Source: Cyanophora paradoxa CCMP329
Lineage: Eukaryota > Plantae > Glaucophyta
Direction: 5' to 3'
Assembly: GCA_004431415.1 (NCBI GenBank)
Contig: QPMI01000264.1
Coordinates: 1-35,858, forward strand
Length of the DNA stretch: 35,858 nucleotides
Part shown: one piece after another, positions 12,101-24,192 of the stretch
Layout: the number at the start of each line of letters is the position of its first letter
Position numbering within the stretch: the stretch's first letter is position 1
Made by a program: the position numbers and the translations under genes
Notes under the pieces: generated by a model
Told to the model about the DNA's origin: nothing
Databases searched by the model: none
What the model saw: the letters and a program-made list of their open reading frames with translations, nothing else

Positions 12101-15100
12101 CGGCGGCTGCACGCCCTCCGCCGCGACTTCGTCGACGCCGCCTCGGCCGCCGCGCTGCTCGCCGAGGCGGGGCGCGCGCCGCCCCTCCCGCCCCCCGCCG
12201 CCGCCGCCCTCCCGGAGGCCTCGCACGGCCTGGGGCCCGCGGGGCCCGCCGGCGGTCCCGTGTTCCTCCTCTCCGGTCTTCTCCTGCTTCGGATCGGTTC
12301 AGGAGGAGGCAACCATAGTGCCAAAGACCACCTGGGTTCGGCTCTGGACGGGGAGGAAGAGGCCGGCAAGGCGGCGGCCCTGGAGGCGAGGCTCGCCGCC
12401 TTCCTGCAGCCCCAGTGGGGCCTGTTCGCCCCCCTCTGCTGCTGCGTGGACGCGCTGGGGGTACGCTACCTCGCGACGGCGCTGGCGCCCCCCGGGGCGG
12501 TGCTCGAGGCCGGGAGCTTCGACTTCGGCGTCAGCGGGGCGCCCTCGCGCGGGGCCGCGACGGACCCGCTGGTCACGGAGCTCGCCCGCCGCCTCTGCCA
12601 CGCGCTGTTCTTGGATCCCTCCCCGTCCCTCGTGCCCGACCCGGGGCGGCTCTTCGGCCTCCCGGCCCCCGCCGGGCCTCTCCCGCCCCTCGCCCGCGTC
12701 TACGCCGCGGCCCCCGCGGCCCCAGCCGGCTCCGAGGGGGTCGTACTACCCCCCCGCGCCCACTTCCTGCTGGGGGCGGGGGCCCTGGGGGTACCCGACG
12801 TTGCCTTCCACGCAGCTATCCCGGACGCGGCAGGCCGGGGCGGGGAGCGCGCACCCGGCTGCTACCTCCGCCCCGAGCTCCTGGCCGCTGTCGCGCGCCG
12901 CCGCGCCGCCGCGCGGGACGCGGCGGGGGTACCGGAGGCCCTTCCGATGCGGGGACCGGAGCCCCTCGCGGCGGCGGCCTCGGAGATGCCGGCGCCGTCT
13001 TTCGCCGCAGTGGACCCGATCGTGTCCCGAGCCGTGCGGGCCGGTGCGTCCGTCCGCCCCTCCTCCCTCCAGACCCAAAGCTTAGCCCGGCCCCTACGCA
13101 GCGGTGGAGGCGGGACCGGCGCCCGCGCCCGCGCTGGAGGCGGGACCGGCGCCCGCGCCCGCGCTGGCGACGGCGCCCCGTCCCGCGGCGGCGGCGGCGC
13201 GCCGGCGCCCGTGCGGTGCGACGTCTGCCGGAGGGACATCGACGGGGCCGAGTGGTACTCGTACCCCAAGCGCGCCTACGACGTCTGCGCCGAATGCTTC
13301 TCGGTACCCCCCCGGCATTCATCTCTTCCCCCCCCCCTCCTTTCCTTGAGCGGCGGCCGCGCGCAGGGCCCCGCGGAACTGGACTACCCCCGAGAACTCC
13401 TCTCCGTGCGGCGAGCGGCGGCCGAGGCGCCTCCGCCGCCTCCCGCAGGCACCGGCGCGGCGGCGCCTCTGGCAACAGCGCGCGGCGGAGCGGCGCAGGC
13501 CGCTCCTCCTCCTCCTACGGACCCGACGGCCCTTCTTGAACCCGTCTCGGTGGAGGCTTGGAGCCGCCGGCTCGACGAGCCGGGAGAGCTCGCCCCGCCC
13601 GGCCGGGGGCCCCGGGCCCGCGGCCCTGGCCCGCGCCGCGCCGACCGCGCCGCGGTCTGCCGCCTGGCGATGCACGCGTACGGTCCCGTGCTCTCGGCCC
13701 TCGCGGCGGCGCTGGCGGCCTCGGAGCGGCCGCCGGCGACGGGGGCGTCCCTCGTCGCCGCCCTCCACGCGTGCGCCCTCCCCTCTACTTTAGCTTATTC
13801 CTTCATAAACGCTCAAAGAACAGCTTCTTGAAGGCTGGAACTACAGCTCCTCTCCTCTAGTTCTTCCTTCTGACTCTTCCTTCGTTCGCAGGGCGGGGCT
13901 GCCTGCGCGGGCGCTGGGGCGGCTGTGCGGGGCCCTCGGGCGGGACGCCGCCTCCGCCCTCCGCACCGTGCGTCCCCAAAGACTGCAAAGGATTAAAGAC
14001 TGTAGAAGCGCCCCAACTAAATGCTAAAGACTAAATGTGCCACAACTAGGCGCTCGGCGCCAGCCAAATGCTAAATGTACCTCCGCCTCCCCGCCCGCCG
14101 CGCCCGGCGCCCCGCCCCGCCCCGTCAGCTGAGGCGGCCCGCCTCCCCGCCCCCCCCCCCCGCGCGCAGCGGCACGTGCGGGAGCTGTGCCTGGTGGAGA
14201 TGGCGGCCCGCGCCGCCCGCAAGCTCGTGCGCCCCGCCCCGCCCCTCCCCGCCCTAGTATTAGAAGCCCTAGCCTTAGCAGTCCGGCTATAGCTAGCGAG
14301 TGCCTTATCCGCCCCGCCGCCCCTGATTCTGACTCGGCTGCTGCTCCACCTGAGCCGCCAGCACACGCGGGGGCGCAGCTGATGCTAGAATACAGGCCAA
14401 AACTAGACTCGAAGACTAGGCTTAGAGACAACGGCGCCCTCCCCCGCCCCCTCAAGGCTGACTCCGCTGCTCTGCCCCTCCCCAGCCCGCCCCTAGCCTT
14501 AGACGCCCTAGCCTCAGAAGACCGGCTATAACTAGCTAGCTAGTGCCTTATCCGCGCGCTAGTGCCTAGTGCCCCTGATCATTCGGATTCTCACTATGAT
14601 TCTGACTCGGCTGCTCTGCCCCGCAGCTGCTGCGGGGCCTGCGGGCGACGGCGGACCGGGCGGCGGCCGACGGGCGGGCGGCGCGCACGGCGGCCGCGCG
14701 CCTCCTCAGCGACCTCCTCCGGGGCGCCCTCGGGGGGAGCCCCGCCTGGCAGGTCCGCCCTAGATCTAGACCCTCTATCCTGGGTCCTAGATCGTGCCCC
14801 CGCCTGGCATGCCCGCCCCGCGCGCTTTCACAAGAGCTTCGTCCTCTAAAGCTTCTAGATCTAGACCCTAGTAGCGCCCAGCGTCGAATTCGAATGCGGC
14901 AGCATCATCCTCGAGGCTCCTCACCTCGGGGCGCAGTTCGTGGCGGAGGCGGTCGCCCGCAAGTTCGACCACGCCCTCTCCGAGGAGGCGCGCCCCCTCC
15001 CATTCCCGCCCTCCCTGTGTCTTCCCCCTCCCTGTGGGGCGGGGCGGGGCGCTTCCCCTCGCAGACCTCTACTCGCTCGCTCGAGCTCCGCGCCCATCCC

Positions 15101-17659
15101 TTCTTCCTCTGGCCCCTCCGCTCTCCCTCTTTCCTCTTACGATGCGGATAAGAACCTCATAATGCTGACTGACGGCTGCCGCCGATTCCGGTCCCTTGCT
15201 CTCGTTTCTCTTCCTCGCTCTGACCCCTCGTCCTCGTCCTCGCAGGAGCTGGGCCTGCTGGCGCGCTGCCCCGCCGTGCTCCTCGCCGCCCTCCTCCGCC
15301 TCGCCCGCCTCCGCCTCCGCGACCACGAGGTCCGCCCCCTTGCCCTCGTCCTTTCCCGGGCCGGGCCGGGCTAGCGCTAGCCGGGCTAGCGCTCCTGCTG
15401 GGCTGGCACCGCCAGCGGGCGCGGCTAGGACGCGGCTAGGCGCGGGTGGCGCGCGGGGCCGGACTCGTACTGGGCGCCGCCAGCGTCTCAGCTGAGCTAG
15501 GCTGTCCTTTCCCGGGCCGGGCCGGGCCGGGCTAGGAGCCGGTCTAGGCGGGGCTGGCGCGCCTGGCTGGACTGGCACCGCCACCGGGCTGGCTGCTAGC
15601 CGGACTGGACTGGACTGCTTCCCGGGCCGGGCCGGGCTAGTGCGCGGGGCCGGACTGGCACCGCCACCGGGCGCGGCTAGGGGGCACGGCTTGGCTGGAG
15701 ACGGCGCGGCCTAAGGCTAGGCCAGGCTAAGCCGTGCCAGGCCAGGCTAGGCTTATCTTCCCTGGCCACGGGCTGGACCGGGCCGGGCTAGCGCGCCTAG
15801 ATCCTCCCTCTCTTCTCCTCCGCCTCGAGGAGGTCCGCAACCGGCGCCCTTGTCTTTTCCTGGGCTAGCGCGCAGGGCTGGACTGGCACCGCCACCGGGC
15901 GCGGCTAGAGGGCGCGTCTTGGCCGGAGAGGGCACTCGCTGAGCGGGGCTAGCGCGCCTAGATCTTCCCTCCTCTACCCTTCTCCCACTTCGTCTCACCG
16001 GTACCGGTGCCCCCCGCAGGCCTTCCTCTCCTCCTCGTCGCCGGCGCGGCGCGTGGCCCCCGAGGACGTCGGCTCCGTCGGCGTCGTCGCCAAGTGGCCC
16101 TGGCCCGCCGCCCTCCCGGGGCCCAGCGACGCACTCCAGGCCCGTGCACGCCCACTCCCGCCCCTCCTCTAGATCTTCTCTTTATAACTCTTCTTTCTTG
16201 CGCTTTTAAAACGATCCACATAGATGTGATATCACACTTGCGTTCTCTGACCTTGTCTCTTACGTGTACCTTGCACGTGCACTTGCAACTCTTCTGGAAT
16301 AGAAACGCTTAGTTTGCTGTACTCCTTGCTTGGCGCCCTTGTTCCCTCCTCTCATACCCTTGCCCTGCCCTCTCTCACCCTTGTCCTCCTTCCTTCCTTC
16401 TTTCCCTCGAGCAGAAGGCGCGGCGTATGGAGCTCAGGGCCTGGGAAGCCCTCCTTGCCTCCGCGGGCCGCCGCCCCGACGGCGCGCCCCTCGCCGGGGG
16501 CCCGCCGCCCGCCCCGCGCCCCCCGCCCGCCTCCGCCGCCTCCCGCCGCGAGGCCGCCGCCGCATTCTACGCGTGCGTGGACGTACCCCGCTCCCCTTCC
16601 CCCCGGAGCGATTTTTTCGAGCTTCGTTCGCAGGGAGGCGGTGGCTGCGCACGAGGAGGCGTACGGAAAAGATGCACCCGAGGTCGTACCCGCCCTCCTC
16701 GAGGCCGCCGCCGCCGCCGAGCTACGGTAACCCCCCCCCCCTCACCCTTCTCCCCCCCCCCCCCCCCCCACCCCTCCTCACTGGCGGGCAGCGCGGTGGC
16801 GGCGGCGACGGCGGGCACGGGATCGTCGTGGGACGCCGAGTGGGGGCCCTTCTTCCGGTGCCCGCGTACCCCCTTCCCCTCCCCATCCCCTTCCCTTCCC
16901 TCTGAGCCGCGCCCGCGAGCGCAGGCACCCGCTGTTCACGGCGGTACCCGGGGCCGGCTCCCCGCAGGGCGTCGAGGCGCCCCGGAGGCAGGCGGCGGAG
17001 CTATACGCGCGGGCGCTCGCGCTCCGCCTCGGCGCCCGGGCGGGGCCCCGCCGACCCCGCCGCCGTCGCCTGCCTCGCCGGCCTCAGCCGCACCGCGGGC
17101 TTCGAGGAGCTGGTCGAGGCCTCGCCGGGTCGCACCTCCGGCCGCGCCGCCGCCCTCGAGCTGCGCCTCAAATACGCCGAGGCAAGCTATTTCCTTACTT
17201 CTTAGATCAAATCTCCTCTAAGGACTTCGTTCGCATTCGCAGCGGGCGGTGAGCATGGCCGAGGCGTGCCACGGGGCGCGGCACCCGCGGACGGCCCTCG
17301 CCTACGCGAACCACGCCGCCGCGCTCCTCGCCGCCGCCGGCTCCGACTCGGGGGCCTGGGGACGAGCCGCCGGCCTCGCCCGCCGCGCCGTGCAGCTCCT
17401 GACGGCCGCCCGCGGATTGGAGGCCATGCGGGCCGCAGTAGCCGGGCGCCCGACCTTTTCAGCTCCTCCGCAGCCTCCCGATCGCGAGCCGCTCCCGTGG
17501 GACCTCGAGGGCGGCTCGGCCTACTTCGGAGAGGCCTCCGCGGGGGCCGCCCGGGCCGCCTGGGAGCTGTACCGCAAGGCGGAGATGGGGCGGCGGGCGG
17601 CGGAGGGCCGCGGGCCGGGCGAGGCCCCCACGCTCGACGAGCTCCTGGGGAACCTTTAG
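6106..17659 (+). CDS. Very large multi-exon gene: RCC1-repeat region (6.6-9.2 kb) + Pro/Ala-rich linker + Clu (clustered mitochondria)-family domain with partial ZZ finger + C-terminal TPR-like repeats
   Basis: RCC1 repeats include LYSCGNNDDGQLG, VAYTWGSGLMGRLG, VACGERHS and VSCGYVHTA. Clu hallmarks are RDWTAE, LHALRRDFVDAA, PLCCCVDALGVRYLA, YLRPELL, LHARGL..RALGRL and LVEMAARAARKL. CDVC...YDVCAEC lies at ~13217-13300, and TPR-like HPRTALAYANHA is near the end. The two halves are linked in frame by predicted intron 9216-9466. One apparent frameshift near 13175-13185 is probably a homopolymer error. Each half is high confidence; the single-gene model is moderate. Confidence 0.7.
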
Positions 17660-18808
17660 GGCCTGCGTTTATGTATCCCATTACATCAGCTACCCCCTCG
17701 CTCCTCTTCATATTACTCGCTCCTCTTCATATTTATATTGTTCACGCTGATCGAAGCCTTTCTTTCAATTGGAATCGAATTCGAATTATTCGAAGTACGG
17801 CCCGGCGTACACCGTCGCATTTTCACCGCGCGCAAGAAATCAAACTTCTCTTTTAATTCGAATCGAATCATGGTTCAACGGTTATTCGAATCTCACCGCG
17901 GCCGAGCCCGTGACGACCCCCCGCCTTTAACGAAGCCACATCATAGCGCCGCGGCCGCTAAGTATAGCTTACTAAGAAGCTTAGCATTGCGTAGCTCAGT
18001 AATTTAATTTCAGATCCAGAAACTTGCAATTGAAAGCAGCCTGACAGTCGAGCTTGATTAATCATCTTGAGAATTCGAGGCCGTGGTTTTCTTCAAGCTT
18101 GACTCACTGAGTCGTAATCATGATCAGTGATTCCGAAGTTCGACTCATTTATGTGAACTCGACCACGCCATGCCATGATGGCAAGGATCTAGATCTAAAG
18201 CCTCGGATTTGGAGCCTTTGAACCTACTGGGCCACTCATAGAGGCCAGACCTCTTACACCCACTGGCCCGGACCCACTGGGTTTTGAACCTACTGGCCTA
18301 TGGATCCGGACCTCTCAGGAGTCTTACACTCAAGCCCTCGGGCGGGCCGGGGCCGGGCCGGGCCAGGTCTGATCATGATTGGATTGATAATGACGTCGAA
18401 AGCCTTGAAGGCTTAAGGGCAAGGCGAGGCTCGGGGCCTAGGCTAGGCCTCAATTGGATTCGTTATTCATTCAATTCATTATTCTCCGCGGCCGAGGCTC
18501 AAGATTAGCTTCCTTCCCTTCAGAATCCGCTCTAAAGAATATTAGAATAGGTTGATATAAATATTGCTGTTACAATACGAGCTATACGCTGCCAGGCTGC
18601 TATTGTACTATACGTATCCTGCGCCCTCAACTCGACGGGGCGGTTGAGGTTGCGACGTCGACGCACTCGGCGGCGAAGGAGGCGCGGAGGGCGGCGGGGT
18701 CCGGTCGAGGCCGCGCCCTTCCTTTCAGAATCGAATATACTTCCTGCCTTTCAGAATCGAGCATACAGCTAAGAGGTTGATATTACTATCATAGTATTAC
18801 ACTACAAG

Positions 18809-21574
18809 CTACAAGCTGCCACATCCTGCGCCCTCAACGCACTGGGCGGCGAAGGAGGCGCGGAGGGCGGCGGGGTCGAGGCCGCGCCCGATGAAGACCA
18901 TGCGGCACTCGCGGCGCTCGCCCTCGCGCCAGGGGTGCGCCTCCTCCCCGATCTCAAAGAGCGCGTGCACTCCCTGCGCGCGCGCGGGGGCGATGAGTGC
19001 GAGGCTTAAGCCAAACTTCCAAGGCCCCCCCACCCCAAAGAGGGCGCTCCTTAAAGAAAGAAAGAGGGCGCTCCTTCTAGCTTCGAAGCTTTATCAAACT
19101 AACACAACGAGCTGGACTTTCATTGATATACTCAGACCGGGCTCGCCTGGAACACGAAGCGGCCCTCGCGGCCGGCGAAGGCCACGACGCCCTTGCAGCG
19201 CCACACCTGCGATCGGGTGGGCGGCGGCTGGGAGGGCGGGCGGGCGAGAGAGGCGGCGGGCGAGAGAAAAGAGGCGGCGAGAGTGGCGGCTAGGCCTGGC
19301 CGTCTATGGCCAAGAGAGCTCGAAGCTTGAAACGTTTAAGCTCAATGCCTTTACGAGGCTTGTAATTAAGATGCCTCGTTGTGACATGATCACGGGCCTC
19401 AGTGCCGGGGGGCGCCTCCCAGAGGGTCCGCCCCTTTTAATGAAAGGCGCCCTTATAATTAAGAAGAAGCTTAAGAAGCCTCACATTAGCATCTTAAGAA
19501 GCTTAAGCTCGGCGCCATTAAGAAGCTTAAAATGCCTTACGGACCTCGGTGCAGGGGGGCGCCTAGGGGAGGGGCGGAGGGGCGGCTGGGCCCAGCCTTC
19601 TATGATTTAGGGAGGTGCCGGATCTAGACGGACCTCGGTGCCTCAAATTATATCTCAAGCTTGAAGCGTTTAAGCTAAGCGCTTTTTGAAAGCTGTCACG
19701 GACCTCGGTGCCCGGCGGCGCCTCCCACAGGGTCCGCCCCAGCCACCGCTCCAGCGCCTCGGGTCCCGCCGCCGGGCCCGGGTGCACCTGGGGCCGGTCT
19801 TCAGCTGGAGCCGAGCGCGCGCATTCGAAAGATCGAAGAAGCGTGTTGGCTAAGGCTTGAGATTGGTAAACATGTCAGCAAGAATTATGTTGGCCAAGGT
19901 TTAAGATTTGAGGCGCCTTGAGCTTCTGAAGGGCGCCTTTCTTGAAGGTCAAGCTGAAGGGGTACGGCTGCGCACGACGGAGACGGCCCGGACGCCCGAG
20001 TCGTGCACGTGCGGTGCGGGGCCCCGCGCCAGGTCCGCGTCGACCTGCGCGGCCCGGGCTCGAATCCGGGCGGGGCCGCTTTTTAAAGAAAGGGGACGCG
20101 GCGGGCCTCGATGGCGCGCTTGGCGTCGAAGGCGCGAATGTCGAGCACGAAGTCCAGGTCCACCTGCCGGGTACGCGTTCTTTCGAGAAAAAGAGGGGGG
20201 GTACGGGGCGCGCCTTGGACCGCTCGGTGACGAGCAGGGACGCGGTCGGGTTGATCCCCCTCAAGCGCGCCTCCACCCCCGACAGCTGCCCGGCGGCGCG
20301 GGATCAATTTGCGAGCTTTTTGAACCTGCGCGGGGCGGGGCGGGGCGGGGCGGGGCCGGCGCGCGCGCCTCCGTTGGTGTCACGAGGTCCGCCTTGTTGA
20401 GCAGGATGCGGTCCGCAAAGGCGACCTGCCCGGATTCGAACCGGAGCTCGAGGGGGGGGGGGAAGGGGGTACGGGCAGCACCTGCCGGGCGCACTCGTTA
20501 ACGGCCCCGTCGGGCTTCGCCTCGTCGAGGTGCTGGGGCGCGTGCTTCGCGTCTGCGGACACCGGTACCCCGGGGCGTCAGAACCGGGGAGACCTAGGGG
20601 GGTACGCGATGGTGGGGGGCGGGGGCGGGACTCGGGAGTACCGCAGAGGGTCACGATGCCGTCCAGGTACACGGGGCTCTGCGGCGGGAGGGGGGGGGGA
20701 TTGTGGGCGGGGTACGGGCGAAGAAAGCTAGCTCGAGGGGGGTACGCCTGCCTCGAGGGCGTCGTCGACCCAGAAGACGCTGGCGACGGGCCCCGGGTCC
20801 GCGAGCCCCGTCGTCTCCACCTGAGGAGGGGGGGATGATGCGTGCGCTGGAGGGGTACAGGGGGCCCAAACGCGTGGGGTCCGCGTGCGCACGAGGATGT
20901 AGTCGAACAGATCCCGCTTCTCCATGATGCGCTCGATCGTCACAACGAGATCATCCCTGCACGACCGCCACCATCGCTCCTCGACTCGCCCCGCCCCAGC
21001 CCACCCCGCGGCGCGCACCGGACGGAGCAGCAGATGCAGCCTGGCGTGTGCGCGAGCGAGCGCGCGGTCACGATCAGGCGGCGCGCGCGGAGCGAGCGCC
21101 CCGCATCGACCGCGCGGACCGTTGTTGAGCTCGTAGCACTCTTCGAAGATTTCGCCGTTGGCGCCCCGCACGAGGGCGTCTTCGATGCCGGCCTCCGCCC
21201 CGAACTCATTCAGGATGACCGCCACGCGCTTCCCGTGCTTCTCCGTCAGGATGTAGTTCAGCTGCCGGCGCGCGGCGGAGTCGGCGGCGTCAGCGGCGCG
21301 CGCGCGGCCAGCCGCGGGGATCGGCGGACCAGGGTCGTCTTGCCGGCGCCCAGGAAACCTGCGGGGCGCGCCGCGGAGGTGCACGCTTAAGCTCTGCGAC
21401 GGCGTGCGACGGGGGAAGCCCGCTACGGGCCGCGCGGGCCGGGTCGTGAACACGAGCGCACCGGTGACGATCTGCAGCGCACGGCGTGAGCGGCGCTCAC
21501 TTAAACAGAGCGTGTCGATGACTTGCTCGCACCGTGACCGGCACTTTCTTGCCGGTGCTGTCCGGCTCCTCCAT
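18809..21574 (-). CDS. ZNG1: CobW/COG0523 (G3E family) zinc-chaperone GTPase, CBWD/ZNG1-like; many exons
   Basis: [93 protein letters not shown], and the CobW_C block WRCKGVV...VFQGVH...[10 protein letters not shown]. Confidence 0.95.
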
Positions 21575-21800
21575 CGTTCTTGCACTGTACCCGTCTGTGT
21601 GGCTTGCCACTCTAGCTGAGCGAGCGGATCGCAGTTTAAAGTGTGCATCTTGATCCAAAAGCTCTCTTTAGGCCCGCAGGTGGCAGATCCGCAGCGAACG
21701 GCCGTCGCGGCTTGCAGTTGTTGCTCGCGCGAGCACGGCGACCGGGCAACTGGCGGCGCGAGTTGCCGCGAGAGCTAGGCGAACCGCCCTGCGGCCTGGC
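21575..21800. promoter_or_regulatory. Putative bidirectional promoter between CobW-like gene and DUS1
   Basis: Head-to-head ATGs at 21574 (-) and 21801 (+), with 226 bp between them. Confidence 0.5.
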
Positions 21801-23857
21801 ATGGCGCCGGTTATCCAGCCAATCCAGGCGCCCTCGGGGGCGCGCAACGACGTGGCCTTCGCTCTCTACGAGAAGATAGGCAACCCGAAGCACATTTGCG
21901 CACCGATGGTGCGCTCTGGCGGCGGCGAATCGCGATTAGGGCGCAGAGCGATCGAATCTCGGCGCAGGTGGATCAGAGCGAGCTTGCCTTCCGCATGCTC
22001 ACGCGCCGGTACGGTGTGGACCTCTGCTACACTCCGATGCTGCACAGGTCGGACCCCGCGCTCCGCCCCGCGGCCCTCCGCCCGAGGTTCACACGCGGCC
22101 CCCGCGCGCGCGGCCCTTGCCTCGCGCAGCGTCCTGTTCGCGAAGGAAGAAGCGTACAGGAAAGAGTTCTTCTCGACCATCCCGGAAGATAGGCCCCTCG
22201 CAGTCCAGGCGCGCCCCGCCCCGCCCCGGCCCGCCGGCGCCGTCAGCGACGTGCCGCGGCCGCGCTGACCTCGCCCCCGCCCTCGCCCTCGCCCCGCGCG
22301 CGCAGTTCTGCGCCAACGACCCTGCCGCGCTCCTGCAGGCGGCCTCGCTCGTGGCGGACAGCTGCGACGCCGTCGACATCAACCTGGGTCCGCTCTAGAT
22401 CTCGCTCCGGCCCTGGCTCTCCGCCTAGGCCTGATCTCCGCCTGCGGCCCGAGAGCTCTAGATCCCCGACTGCGGCGCTAGATCTCCAACCCCGGCTCTA
22501 AAGCCGAGCCGAGCCGGGGCGGCCTGCAGGCTGCCCGCAGGGGATCGCGCGGCGCGGGCACTACGGCGCATTCCTCCTGGAAGAGCCGGAGCTCGTCCAC
22601 GACCTGGGTTCGAATCCCCGCGCGGACGATTCTTGACCGAGCCGCCGACCGGTACCCCCCGCAGTCTCCACGCTGAGCCGGAACCTGCCCGTACCCGTCT
22701 GGGCCAAGATTCGCATCCTTAGCTCTGGCCTCCAGAAGACCATCCAGTTCGCCCAGGCAAGCCTCGTACCACCGACCCGCTGTCCGCGTACCCCCCTCAC
22801 GGGGCGGGCCGGCCGGGGTAGATGCTGGAGCGCGCGGGGGCCCAGTTGATCGCGGTGCACGGGCGAACGAAGGAACAGAAGGGACCCACCTCGGGTACCG
22901 CGGACTGGGACGGCGCGCTCCCCCCCCCCCCCCCCCCCGCCCCTCCCCCCCCTGACTTGGAGCGCAGCGATTCGCATCGTAAGGGAGCACGTCTCTGTAC
23001 CCGTCATCGCGAACGGCTCGGTGCGCCCACTCTTTTGCCTGCTTGTGTTCATCGGCGGCAAGTAAACTGAAGCTCACATTGGATCGCGCGCGCCACGCAA
23101 GGTGCACTCGTATGAGGACGTTACGGCCTGCCTCGGCCGCACGGGCGCCGTGGGGGTCATGGCCGCCGGTGCGGCCGCCCCGCACCGCAGCGCCTAGCCT
23201 TCTCCCTCGTGAAATTATATGACTTTTTCTCCCTCAATCTTTCTTGTAGAGGGCCTGCTGGAGAACCCGGCACTCTTCTCGGGGGAGGATGTACCCAAGC
23301 TCCGCCTCGCCAGCGAGTACCTGGACGTGCGCGCAGTACCCCCCCGGCAGATCAGATCAGATGAAATCTGATCTGATTTTATCTGATCTGATCTGAGCGG
23401 GCAGCTCGCGGAGGAGCACGGGACGCCGGTGGGCATGGTCCGCGCGCATCTCTTCCGGATGTACGGCACCTCGGCCCTCGCCGCGGTGCGTCCTCGGATC
23501 TGATCTGAGCTGTCTGATCTGATCTGAACTGATCTGATCTGATCTGATCTGATTCGATCCGCAGGCGCCCGACCTGCGGGACGCGCTGGCGGCCGCCCTG
23601 ACCCTCCCCGCGCTTCGTTCGCACTGGGCGGAGCTCTGCGCCCGCTTCCCGGAGGGCCTGCCCCGCGGGCCCCTGCCCTCCCAGGCGCGCCCTGTAAGCC
23701 CAGCCGAGCCGAGCCGGGCTAAGCTGAGCCTCAGGTGCACGCGGCGGCGGCGGCGCGGATCGCGGCGGCGGAGCGGCAGGCGAAGGCGCGCCAGGAGGCG
23801 GAGGAGGCGCTTCTGGACGGGGGCGGGCTCTTCGGGGGGTTGGCCGGGCCCGACTGA
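21801..23857 (+). CDS. DUS1: tRNA-dihydrouridine synthase 1-like, multi-exon
   Basis: [82 protein letters not shown]...[25 protein letters not shown]: the Dus1 signature motifs in order. Confidence 0.95.
23348..23555. repeat. (ATCTG)n/(CAGAT)n pentanucleotide microsatellites in two consecutive DUS1 introns
   Basis: cagatcagatcagatgaaatctgatctg... at 23348-23396 and gatctgatctg... at 23497-23555. Confidence 0.9.
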
Positions 23858-24165
23858 GGGACGGCGCACGGGGCCCGGTAATCGAGCGTCTGCAGTGGGG
23901 GCCTGTTCTTTCGCGGCTTGGAGACGAACGTTCTTTCACTCGTGCTGGAGTTCGGCCCCTTAGCCTCTTCCGCCCCCCCCCCCCCCTCCCCCCCCCGGGG
24001 CCGGCCCACCCATCCAGCCCCGGCCGGCCCGCGCGCTGGCCCGAGCGCGGTCGCTGTCGGCCCCTGTCGCTCAATTTGATTCGATCCAGTACAGCTTTGG
24101 CAGAGACTGGCCCGTGGTTTTCTCTCATTCCGAGTCCTCTTCAAGGCTTCTTCTCTCGAGCCTGC

Positions 24166-24192
24166 TCTAGATCTAGATCTAGATCTAGATCT
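24166..24192. repeat. (AGATCT)n self-complementary hexamer array
   Basis: tctagatctagatctagatctagatct; a similar tract occurs at ~5899-5923. Confidence 0.9.
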
